Source: Mycobacterium tuberculosis H37Rv (lineage in GTDB: Bacteria > Actinomycetota > Actinomycetes > Mycobacteriales > Mycobacteriaceae). Taken from it: a stretch of 32,000 bases of DNA. The first letter of the stretch is position 1. Each line of letters opens with the position of its first letter. Location of the stretch: the NCBI RefSeq assembly GCF_000195955.2, contig NC_000962.3, positions 2,700,001 to 2,732,000 of the forward strand, read 5' to 3'. Under the pieces are notes generated by a model. That model was not told where the DNA came from. It did not search any database and saw nothing but the letters and a program-made list of their open reading frames with translations. Of the stretch, positions 1 through 10,074 are shown in pieces. The position numbers and the translations under genes are program-made.

Positions 1-1
1 G

Positions 2-457
2 CGCTACGGCGATGAGGCGTTGGACGCCTCACTGCTGCTGGTGGTGCTGACCCGATTCCTGCCGCCGGACGACCCGCGGGTGCGCAACACCGTGCTGGCC
101 ATCGCCGACGAGCTGACCGAGGACGGCCTGGTGTTGAGGTACCGGGTGCATGAGACCGACGACGGGCTTTCCGGCGAGGAAGGCACGTTCACCATCTGCT
201 CGTTTTGGCTGGTATCGGCGCTGGTCGAGATCGGTGAGGTGGGCCGCGCCAAGCGGCTGTGCGAGCGGCTGTTGTCCTTCGCCAGCCCGCTGCTGCTCTA
301 CGCGGAGGAGATTGAGCCGCGGAGCGGGCGTCACCTGGGCAACTTCCCGCAGGCGTTCACCCACCTGGCACTGATCAACGCCGTGGTCCACGTGATTCGC
401 GCCGAGGAGGAAGCCGACAGCTCGGGGATGTTTCAGCCCGCCAACGCCCCCATGTAG
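2..457 (+). CDS. Glycoside hydrolase family 15 (glucoamylase/trehalase-like) protein, C-terminal fragment; 5' end lies beyond the left edge (Rv2402-like)
   Basis: The frame is open from nt 2 to TAG at 455-457. The C-terminal GNFPQAFTHLALINA motif is typical of GH15 enzymes. The ORF-track start at 20 is only an internal TTG. Confidence 0.8.
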   Translation, partial: RYGDEALDASLLLVVLTRFLPPDDPRVRNTVLAIADELTEDGLVLRYRVHETDDGLSGEEGTFTICSFWLVSALVEIGEVGRAKRLCERLLSFASPLLLYAEEIEPRSGRHLGNFPQAFTHLALINAVVHVIRAEEEADSSGMFQPANAPM

Positions 458-467
458 GACTTCCGAT

Positions 468-529
468 GCCGAGCAGACGCAAAATCGCCCAAATTCGGGC
501 CGAAATGGGCGATTTTGCGTCTGCTCGGC
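468..529. terminator. Bidirectional intrinsic-terminator-like hairpin between convergent genes
   Basis: Left arm 468-491 (gccgagcagacgcaaaatcgccca) is the exact reverse complement of right arm 506-529 (tgggcgattttgcgtctgctcggc). The 14-nt spacer contains a further ttcgg/ccgaa pair. It sits between the stops at 457 (+) and 535 (-). Confidence 0.7.
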
Positions 530-534
530 AAGCG

Positions 535-1286
535 TCAACTCAATTCGCTGATCCTGTCCATCATCGCGTGTGCGATATCGACGGCGCTGGTGCTGATGTC
601 GGCCGACCCCTGATCCGACGGGTGGGTGATGCCAAAGAAGGTGACCGCGACCTCGACCACGCAATTGCCCCGTACGCCGACGGCACGGGCCTGAGGGACG
701 GACGCCAGTATGGAGTGCGTGCCGCGTCGCAGCGAGACCGTTGCCGCGACAACTGAATCCGCAACCCGGACGTCGGTGATGGAGCGTTGACCGAACGCGC
801 TGGCGGGCACCGTCAGCGTTGTGCCATCACATTCCTTCCACTGCGCAGAAAACCTCGCGAACAGATCATCGGCGGCTGCCGCGGAAGGCAGGGCGACGAC
901 ACCCTCATCGACGTCATCCACCTTCACCGAGGAACCGTCGTGTCGCCACGACACCCGGGCGACGCTTTTGACCTCGACGGACCGGTAAACGTTCCGCTGC
1001 GTCAGGTAACCGACGCCCACGCAGTCAGCGGGCCGAGCCGATACATCACTGTCTCCCAAACTGTCGCTGCCCCCGAACACCGGCGGGAAAGGTGGAAGGG
1101 CCTGAAACGGCTGGTTGAGGAGCGTTGACAGCGCAGCGCCGTCGAGCGGTACCCGCTGGATCAGTGAACCCATCAGCGGACGCGGCACTGCGTTCGGCGC
1201 CAGACCTGCTTTCCCGGTCGTCGTTGTGGTGCACCCGGCAGCGAGGAACACGGCAAACAGCGGAACCACCCAGCGCCAGCGGTTTG

Positions 1287-1290
<4 letters not shown>
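535..1290 (-). CDS. lppR: Conserved lipoprotein LppR (251 aa)
   Basis: GTG start at 1288-1290. The N-terminus [20 protein letters not shown] has a signal peptide and an LAAGC lipobox. The start overlaps the lepA stop by 4 nt (GTGA). The 434-aa track ORF is an upstream over-extension through lepA. Confidence 0.85.
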
Positions 1291-3235
<1,945 letters not shown>

Positions 3236-3257
<22 letters not shown>

Positions 3258-3838
3258 AGTGGAAAACGTTGCAGCGCTTCGCGGAGAACCTGGTGTTCAC
3301 TGAGGCTCCTAAGCTGGTGCGTCACCTGCAAAACACGCAGGAAACGCTTCGCACAATCCGGCAAGCCGTCAAGATCACCGCGAACATCATGACCACCGCC
3401 GTGCCGTCGCCACCGGCCGAAATTGCCGCGGGCCGGCCGGTGACCAGCACCAGCTGTCCCACCGCAGCGCGAGCCCGCAGACTTGTCTACGCCCCGGACC
3501 TCGATGGCCGGGCCGATCCCGGCGAGATCGTGTGGACTTGGGTGGCCTACGAGCAGGACCCCACCCGCGGCAAAGACCGACCCGTGCTCGTCGTGGGCCG
3601 AGACCGCAGCGTTCTGTTGGGGTTGCTGGTGTCCAGCCAGGAGCGCCATGCTGCCGACCGGGACTGGGTGGGAATCGGTTCTGGCGCTTGGGACTACGAG
3701 GGCCGAGAAAGCTGGGTACGGCTGGACCGGGTGCTCGACGTACCCGAGGAGAGTATCCGCCGCGAAGGCGCGATTCTGGAACGCGAGGTCTTCGACGTGG
3801 TAGCCGCCCGGCTGCGTGCCGACTACGCCTGGCGCTAA
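3236..3838 (+). CDS. Conserved actinobacterial protein with a PemK/MazF-like domain (Rv2405-like)
   Basis: The core [30 protein letters not shown] resembles the N-terminal strands and loop of PemK/MazF-fold proteins. The start is uncertain: ATG 3236 overlaps the lepA start head to head, and in-frame alternatives are TTG 3269 and ATG 3389. Confidence 0.7.
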
Positions 3839-3894
3839 ACCGGGCCGGGCGGCCAGCGCAATCGGCTGGGCAACGAGCCCCGATCAGGCCCCAA

Positions 3895-4016
3895 TCAGCC
3901 CCGCCTGGCGACGACGCGGGCCGCCCAGCGGCCCGCTGAGGAGCCGGGCAGTCAGCCCCGCCCGGCGACGATGCGGGCCGCCCAGCGGCCCGCTGAGGAG
4001 CCGGGCAATCAGCCCT
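3895..4016. repeat. 57-bp tandem repeat, 2 full units plus a partial third (MIRU/VNTR-like)
   Basis: Units 3895-3951 and 3952-4008 match at 54/57 positions. A third unit starts at 4009 (tcagccctgag). A more degenerate copy may lie at about 3838-3894. Confidence 0.9.
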
Positions 4017-4437
4017 GAGTGATGTAGGACTGAAGCTGCTGCTGCTCGGCCTCGAGTTCTCCCATGCGCGATTTCACCACGTCACCGATGCTAACGATGC
4101 CGATCAGTTTCTTCCCGTCGAGCACCGGCACGTGGCGGACCCGGTTTTCGGTCATCAGCACACTGATCTTGTCGACCGTGTCGGATTTTGTACAGGTGGC
4201 GACGGTGGTCGACATAATCTTGGCGACCGGGCGAGACAGCACGCTGGCACCATACGTGTGTAGCTGGCGCACCACGTCGCGTTCCGACACGATACCGACC
4301 ACGCCTTCGGCGCCGACCACTACCATGGCGCCGATGTTCTGCTCAGCGAGGCCAGCGAGCAGCTCCCCGACCGTGGCGTCGGGGTTGATCGTCACCACCG
4401 CCGCCCCCTTGTTCCGCAAGACGTCCGCGATGCGCAT
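4009..4437 (-). CDS. CBS-domain pair protein (142 aa, Rv2406c-like)
   Basis: Reading from the internal start MRIADVLRNKG gives two CBS repeats (GIVSERDVVR and GIVSIGDVVK). The 171-aa track ORF is probably an over-extension. The stop codon lies inside the partial third repeat unit. Confidence 0.85.
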   Translation of the reverse strand: MRIADVLRNKGAAVVTINPDATVGELLAGLAEQNIGAMVVVGAEGVVGIVSERDVVRQLHTYGASVLSRPVAKIMSTTVATCTKSDTVDKISVLMTENRVRHVPVLDGKKLIGIVSIGDVVKSRMGELEAEQQQLQSYITQG

Positions 4438-4696
4438 CAAGGCCTCCCGCCGGTGGTGAGCTGGTTCACACCAGGCTACGGCGAACTCGGGCGGCGGGAA
4501 AGCCGATACCGGAATATGCGGCATCTAGCACCCGAACCCGCAGGTGCCCGGCGGTCGGTAGCTGCGTAGCCCGGGCAGGAATTCGGCCGCCGACAACGCC
4601 CATGTCGGCCGCATCCTCGAGGCTAAAACTCGTTGGCCATCAGCCGAATCGGTCGATCGGGGCCGCTGGATCCATCGAGCTTGTCAGGATAGGGCC

Positions 4697-5518
4697 ATGC
4701 TTGAGATCACGTTGCTCGGAACTGGGAGCCCCATTCCCGACCCGGACCGTGCCGGACCATCCACTCTGGTGCGGGCCGGCGCGCAGGCGTTCCTGGTGGA
4801 CTGCGGTCGCGGCGTGCTGCAACGCGCGGCGGCCGTCGGTGTGGGCGCCGCAGGATTGTCGGCGGTGCTGCTCACCCATTTACACGGCGACGTGCTTATC
4901 ACCAGTTGGGTCACCAACTTCGCTGCTGATCCCGCGCCCTTGCCGATCATCGGACCGCCGGGCACCGCCGAAGTGGTGGAGGCGACGTTGAAGGCATTCG
5001 GTCACGACATCGGCTATCGGATCGCCCACCACGCCGATCTGACGACACCACCACCGATCGAGGTGCACGAATACACCGCAGGCCCAGCTTGGGATCGCGA
5101 CGGCGTGACAATCCGGGTGGCCCCTACCGATCATCGGCCGGTCACGCCGACGATCGGATTCCGGATCGAATCCGACGGTGCTTCGGTGGTGCTCGCCGGT
5201 GACACCGTTCCTTGTGACAGCCTCGACCAGCTGGCCGCCGGAGCGGATGCGTTGGTACACACGGTGATCCGCAAAGACATCGTCACGCAGATCCCGCAGC
5301 AACGGGTCAAGGACATCTGCGATTACCACTCGTCGGTGCAGGAAGCCGCCGCAACCGCGAACCGCGCAGGGGTGGGAACCCTGGTCATGACGCACTATGT
5401 GCCGGCTATCGGGCCCGGACAAGAAGAACAGTGGCGGGCGCTGGCCGCGACCGAGTTCAGCGGGCGGATCGAGGTCGGCAACGACCTACACCGAGTCGAG
5501 GTGCACCCGCGGCGCTAG
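4697..5518 (+). CDS. rnz: Metallo-beta-lactamase fold ribonuclease Z-like protein (273 aa)
   Basis: N-terminus [17 protein letters not shown], motif II region LTHLHGDV, then LAGDT and MTHY motifs. Matches Rv2407 in length. Confidence 0.85.
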   Translation: MLEITLLGTGSPIPDPDRAGPSTLVRAGAQAFLVDCGRGVLQRAAAVGVGAAGLSAVLLTHLHGDVLITSWVTNFAADPAPLPIIGPPGTAEVVEATLKAFGHDIGYRIAHHADLTTPPPIEVHEYTAGPAWDRDGVTIRVAPTDHRPVTPTIGFRIESDGASVVLAGDTVPCDSLDQLAAGADALVHTVIRKDIVTQIPQQRVKDICDYHSSVQEAAATANRAGVGTLVMTHYVPAIGPGQEEQWRALAATEFSGRIEVGNDLHRVEVHPRR

Positions 5519-6016
5519 CACGCCAGCTATGACCAACCAGCCCCGACACCAGGGCGATCGATAAGGCAAGAAGTAGATCGCCCGAACCAGCGCCGGGTCC
5601 GTGCTGACCCTCGGGCGCCACACGGTCTTGCCCAGCAAACCGGTCAGCCCGGACGCTCCCGCCCGCCACGGTGCCGCCGGCCAACGCCGATCGTCGAACC
5701 CCACCCGGTCACTGAAAGCTGCCGCAGGCGGTTGGCTGATGCAACACCGCGGTGGCAATACGTGCAGCGCGACCGGCTCATCGCGGATCTACGGCGCAAC
5801 CGCGGTGATCGGCGTCACGCCGCGGGTGCGACCCCCACGGGACCCCGGTTCCCACTGCTGTTTGGCGGTGAATCGCTGACACCGTGGACGGCGCCCAGCC
5901 GCGGCTGTTCGCGGTGGTGCAGCCGACCCGATTTCACGGAAACACAGGCTGTCATCAGCGAGGGAAACTATTCGCCGTGCAAAGCATTTCCATGGCGCCA
6001 CACCGATAGCCGGCTT

Positions 6017-6736
6017 GTGCTGATCGCACGTCCCGATATCTTATGCAGTCGCGGTCCGGAGGCAATGCGGGCCAAAGCCGCCGATTTGGACTTGGCTGCG
6101 GCGGCAAAGACGGTCGGAGTGCAGCCCGCCGCCGATCAGGTGGCGGCGGCAATTGCCGCAATATTGCTGTCACACGCCCAGATCTACCAGGACATCAGCA
6201 CACAGATGGCGGCATTCCACGACCAGCTCGTAGAGAACCGCACGGCAGATAGCACGTCGTACGCCAGCGCCGAGGCCAACGCCCAGCAGAGCCTGCTCAA
6301 TGCGATGGATGCACCGAGCTGGCAACAGCGCCGAGAAACCGTCGGCGAGGTGGGGCTCCCAGCGGACCCAGCGGGATCCGGCACGGCGACGGCGGCAGTG
6401 GCGGCGGCGACGACGGCGCGGGCAGGAAGCCGTTCGGCCGCCCAGGCAACCGTGGCGCCTATCGGCGGGCTGAAACTCCGCCGCGAATCTGCGCTAAGCC
6501 AGCCGGGTGATCTCCACCACCACGTCGAGGTCGGTGACGCCCTCCCCAGAGTAGATCCCTTTCAGCGGGGAAACGTCGGTGTAGTCGCGGCCTACACCCA
6601 CACTGATGTATTGCTCGGTGATCTCATTGTCATTGGTGGGGTCGTAGTGCCACCATCCACCGGTCCAGGCCTGAACCCAGGCATGGCTGCGCCCGTCTAC
6701 CGTCTTTCCCACCACGGCATCACGCTTAGGGTGTAG
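6017..6736 (+). CDS. PE24: PE-family related protein with a degenerate, N-terminally truncated PE domain (PE24-like); probably a gene remnant
   Basis: QVAAAIAAILLSHAQIYQDISTQMAAFHDQLV...YASAEANAQQSLLNAMDAP aligns with the second half of a PE domain. The canonical MSFV..PE N-terminus is absent. Possible starts are GTG 6017 and ATG 6065. The last 243 nt run antisense through the 3' end of the next gene. Confidence 0.5.
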   Translation: MLIARPDILCSRGPEAMRAKAADLDLAAAAKTVGVQPAADQVAAAIAAILLSHAQIYQDISTQMAAFHDQLVENRTADSTSYASAEANAQQSLLNAMDAPSWQQRRETVGEVGLPADPAGSGTATAAVAAATTARAGSRSAAQATVAPIGGLKLRRESALSQPGDLHHHVEVGDALPRVDPFQRGNVGVVAAYTHTDVLLGDLIVIGGVVVPPSTGPGLNPGMAAPVYRLSHHGITLRV

Positions 6737-7333
6737 ATACCCAGACACGTACCGACAGGGAATTCCCATGCTGCGCAACACCATCAGCGACAAGTGCACG
6801 AAGTCCTGGCAGACGCCCTTGCCTTGTTCCAGCGCATCGAGCCCGGACGAGTGCACACTGGTGGTGCCCGGAATGTAGTCCAGCTCGCTGCGCGCCCACC
6901 GGGCGGCGGCGACTACGGCCTCGCTGGGCTCATGGCATTTCCTGATCCGCCTGCCGACGGCATCAACGCGGGCGCTTGCCGGGGTGTGCGGGGTTGGGCG
7001 GAGCACTTCGTCGAACCTGTCGATCACGGCCGTCGATTGCAGGTCGGCCCAGGTTGCCTTGGCGGCCAACGGCTCCGGGCGCTCGGTCTCCACCACCGAC
7101 GAGGACGTCACCGTCAGTTCGGTGTGCGGCGCATGCAAGTCAAACGCCGTCACGGCAGTACCCCAATAATCGATATAGCGGTAGGAGCGGGTGGCCGGGA
7201 TGGTTTCGACTCGGTTGAGGACGAGGTTCTGCCGCGAACTCGACCGAGGGGTCAGCCGGGCTTCGTTGTATGAGGCCGTCACCGGCGACTGGTAGACATA
7301 TCCGGTGGTGTGCACCACCCGGGTTCGCCACAT
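6494..7333 (-). CDS. Transglutaminase-like cysteine peptidase family protein (279 aa, Rv2409c-like)
   Basis: A bacterial transglutaminase N-terminal region is followed by the core motif GKGVCQDFVHL...RYVSGY...SHAWVQAW...WHYDPTN. The Cys175/His217/Asp231 triad is intact. ATG 7331-7333 overlaps the upstream stop by 1 nt (TGATG). Confidence 0.9.
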   Translation of the reverse strand: MWRTRVVHTTGYVYQSPVTASYNEARLTPRSSSRQNLVLNRVETIPATRSYRYIDYWGTAVTAFDLHAPHTELTVTSSSVVETERPEPLAAKATWADLQSTAVIDRFDEVLRPTPHTPASARVDAVGRRIRKCHEPSEAVVAAARWARSELDYIPGTTSVHSSGLDALEQGKGVCQDFVHLSLMVLRSMGIPCRYVSGYLHPKRDAVVGKTVDGRSHAWVQAWTGGWWHYDPTNDNEITEQYISVGVGRDYTDVSPLKGIYSGEGVTDLDVVVEITRLA

Positions 7334-8310
7334 CAGGATTCCTCTTGGCTTCCGACGAGTTGGCCACGCTGGCCTGCATCCGACCACGCAACCCAGGGAG
7401 CTGCGTGAAAGTACTGCAGCGCCAATGCATCTCCGACATCACGACAGGTCGTCTGCAAGCCCGCCAGGCGGCTCTCCAAGGTCTCGAGCAGGACGCCGGG
7501 TTGCACGAATTCCAGCTCGCTGCGTGCTTGCCCTAACAACCGCTGTGCTTCGGTGGTCGCCCCGATCCGGCTGTGCGGATTGTGCATCAACTCGGCGAGA
7601 TTGTGTTCGGCCAGCTTCAACGAGTGAAAGACCGAGCGCGGGAAAAGCCGGTCGAGCATCATGAACTCCACCACCCGGCCCGCGTCCAGCACACCGCGGT
7701 AGGTGCGCAGGTACGTGTCGTGCGCACCCGCCGAGCGCAGCAGCGTCACCCAGGCCGGCGACGATGCGCTATCCCCCACCCGTGACAGCAACAGCCGCAC
7801 CGTCATGTCGACCCGCTCAATCGCGCGCCCAAGCAACATGAAGCGATATCCGTCGTCACGCAAAAGCGTCGAATCGGCCAGGCCGGCAAACATCGCCGCA
7901 CGGCCCTCGATGAACGACAGAAACTCGTGCGGCCCAAGGCGTTTGGCAGCGCGTTCGCGTTCAGGCAGGGCGTTATAGGTGGTGTTGAGACACTCCCACG
8001 TCTCGCTGGAGGTGACTTCCCGCGCCGATTTTGCGTTTTCCCGTGCCGCCGAGATCGCGTCGACAATGGAAGAACCACCCTGGCTATTGGTGCTGAAAGC
8101 CACCAGGTCCGTCAAGGACCAGACATCCAGCTCGTGGTCGGGCGGCTCGATGCCCAGCACCCGCAGCAGCAGCCGGGAGGCCTGGTCGGGATCGACACTG
8201 GAATCCTCGAGCAATTGATGCACCGCGACGTCGAGAATGCGCGCGGTGTCGTCGGCGCGCTCGACGTAGCGACCGATCCAATACAGTGCTTCGGCGTTGC
8301 GGGCGAGCAT
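7333..8310 (-). CDS. Alpha-E domain protein (325 aa, Rv2410c-like)
   Basis: The N-terminus MLARNAEALYWIGRYVERADDTARILDV is the hallmark of the alpha-E (former DUF403) family. The start overlaps the upstream stop by 1 nt (TGATG at 8308-8312). Confidence 0.9.
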   Translation of the reverse strand: MLARNAEALYWIGRYVERADDTARILDVAVHQLLEDSSVDPDQASRLLLRVLGIEPPDHELDVWSLTDLVAFSTNSQGGSSIVDAISAARENAKSAREVTSSETWECLNTTYNALPERERAAKRLGPHEFLSFIEGRAAMFAGLADSTLLRDDGYRFMLLGRAIERVDMTVRLLLSRVGDSASSPAWVTLLRSAGAHDTYLRTYRGVLDAGRVVEFMMLDRLFPRSVFHSLKLAEHNLAELMHNPHSRIGATTEAQRLLGQARSELEFVQPGVLLETLESRLAGLQTTCRDVGDALALQYFHAAPWVAWSDAGQRGQLVGSQEES

Positions 8311-9965
8311 CAGTGGAACGCCTGCTGTTGTTGTTGCTGCTGCTGTTGCGGTTGTTGGTCGTGCGGTTCATACCCGGACGCGTCCACCGTTGGGTCGCAC
8401 AGCGGCTGCGGCAGCGAACGCACAATCTGTGCAGCGCCCAACTCGCGGGCGGCCGCCGAAGCGCGCGGGGCCAGCACCCAGGTGTCCTTGGAGCCGCCGC
8501 CTTGGCTGGAGTTGACCACCCGGGAACCCTCAACCAACGCCACTCGGGTCAGCCCGCCCGGCAGCACCCATACCTCGTTACCGTCGTTGACCGCGAACGG
8601 CCGCAAGTCCACGTAGCGGGGCGCCAGCGTGCCTTCGATCCGGGTCGGCACGGTCGACAGTTCCATCATCGGCTGCGCGATCCAGCTGCGGGGATCGTCG
8701 CGGATCTTTTGGCTAACGGCCGCCAATTCGGCCTGAGAGGCTTCCGGGCCGAACACGATGCCGTAACCACCGGATCCCTCGACCGGCTTGAGGACCAATT
8801 CGCGGATCCGGTCCAACACCTCTTCGCGTTCGTCATCCAGCCAGCATCGGAGGGTTTCCACGTTCGCCAGCAGCGGCTTTTCGTGGAGGTAGTACTCGAT
8901 CATGGTCGGCACGTACGTGTAGACGAGTTTGTCGTCACCGACTCCGTTGCCGATCGCACTGGACAGCACGACGTTGCCGGCCCGGGCAGCGTTGACCAAT
9001 CCGGCCACCCCGAGCACCGAATCGGCACGGAACTGCAGCGGATCCAGGAAGGCGTCATCAATGCGCCGATAGATGACGTCGACCTGGCGCTCCCCCTCGG
9101 TGGTGCGCATGTATACCTGGTTGTCTCGACAGAACAGGTCGCGGCCCTCGACCAATTCGACACCCATCTGCCGGGCCAGCAATGAATGCTCGAAATACGC
9201 CGAGTTGTAGACCCCAGGGGTCAGAACCACGACCGTGGGGTCGGCCTCGTTGGTGGCCGCCGAGTTGCGCAGCGCGCGCAGCAGGTGCGAAGCGTAGTCA
9301 TCGACCGCCCGCACCCGATGGGTGGCGAACAGGTTCGGAAAGACCCGCGCCATGGTGCGCCGGTTCTCCATCACATACGACACCCCCGACGGCGAGCGCA
9401 GGTTGTCCTCGAGAACCCGAAAGTCGCCGCGGTGGTCGCGGATCAGGTCGATGCCGGCGACGTGGATTCGCACACCGTTGGGTGGCACGATCCCGACTGC
9501 CTGACGGTGAAAGTGCTCACAGGAGGTCACCAACCGGCGCGGGATGACACCGTCGCGCAGAATCTCCTGATCACCATAGATGTCGTCGAGGTAGCACTCG
9601 AGGGCCTTGACCCGCTGGGTGATGCCACGTTCCAGTCGGGTCCACTCGGGGGCCGAAATGACCCGTGGCACCAGGTCGAGCGGGAACGGCCGCTCCTGGC
9701 CCGACAGCGAAAACGTGATGCCCTGGTCGATGAACGCACGCCCCAGCGCATCAGCGCGGGCCTTGAGTTCGGACGCGTCCGACGGCGCCAGCTCAGCGTA
9801 GATACCTTTGTAGGGGCCGCGGACAATGCCCTGGGCATCGAACATTTCGTCGAAGGCCATCGCATAGACGTCCGACGTGTTGTAGCCGCCGAAGATGCGT
9901 TCGCCGCGTGTGGGCGACCGCCGCCGGGTCTCGTTGAGTTGGTTTGGCAGACTCACGCGTCTCAT
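8310..9965 (-). CDS. Circularly permuted ATP-grasp type 2 family protein (551 aa, Rv2411c-like) with a C-terminal poly-Gln tail
   Basis: Full-length ORF with strong GC3 bias, recognised as the DUF404/DUF407 (CP_ATPgrasp_2) family. First gene of a three-gene coupled set. Confidence 0.9.
   Translation of the reverse strand: MRRVSLPNQLNETRRRSPTRGERIFGGYNTSDVYAMAFDEMFDAQGIVRGPYKGIYAELAPSDASELKARADALGRAFIDQGITFSLSGQERPFPLDLVPRVISAPEWTRLERGITQRVKALECYLDDIYGDQEILRDGVIPRRLVTSCEHFHRQAVGIVPPNGVRIHVAGIDLIRDHRGDFRVLEDNLRSPSGVSYVMENRRTMARVFPNLFATHRVRAVDDYASHLLRALRNSAATNEADPTVVVLTPGVYNSAYFEHSLLARQMGVELVEGRDLFCRDNQVYMRTTEGERQVDVIYRRIDDAFLDPLQFRADSVLGVAGLVNAARAGNVVLSSAIGNGVGDDKLVYTYVPTMIEYYLHEKPLLANVETLRCWLDDEREEVLDRIRELVLKPVEGSGGYGIVFGPEASQAELAAVSQKIRDDPRSWIAQPMMELSTVPTRIEGTLAPRYVDLRPFAVNDGNEVWVLPGGLTRVALVEGSRVVNSSQGGGSKDTWVLAPRASAAARELGAAQIVRSLPQPLCDPTVDASGYEPHDQQPQQQQQQQQQAFH
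8322..8357 (-). repeat. CAG/CAA (Gln) trinucleotide tract encoding QQPQQQQQQQQQ
   Basis: The plus strand reads ctgctgttgttgttgctgctgctgttg cgg ttgttg. That is nine consecutive Gln codons, one Pro, then two more Gln, ending 3 codons before the stop. Confidence 0.95.
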
Positions 9966-10074
9966 GCTGCCTCAAATTCGACATTCCGGCAGACCACAGA
10001 TTCCGCTTTTGGGCGAAAACGTAACCGACTGATAACCTGGGCAGCCGAATCACACCGACAAAGGGAACTTGCAC

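Noticed and set aside
3895-4016. Possible CRISPR array, considered for both the 57-bp repeat and the 20-bp duplication at 24181-24220
   Set aside because: The units are directly adjacent with no spacers. There are at most 2-3 copies, and no cas genes are present in the window.
8320-8350. Run of nine Cys codons (CCCCCCCCC) in plus-strand ORF 7927-8616
   Set aside because: It is the antisense reading of the CAG/CAA poly-Gln tract of the ATP-grasp gene and is not an independent feature.
9966-10074. rpsT promoter call (ttgggc ... taacct)
   Set aside because: The hexamers are weak matches, spacing depends on which -10 is chosen, and I cannot verify a TSS. It was too uncertain to list as a feature.
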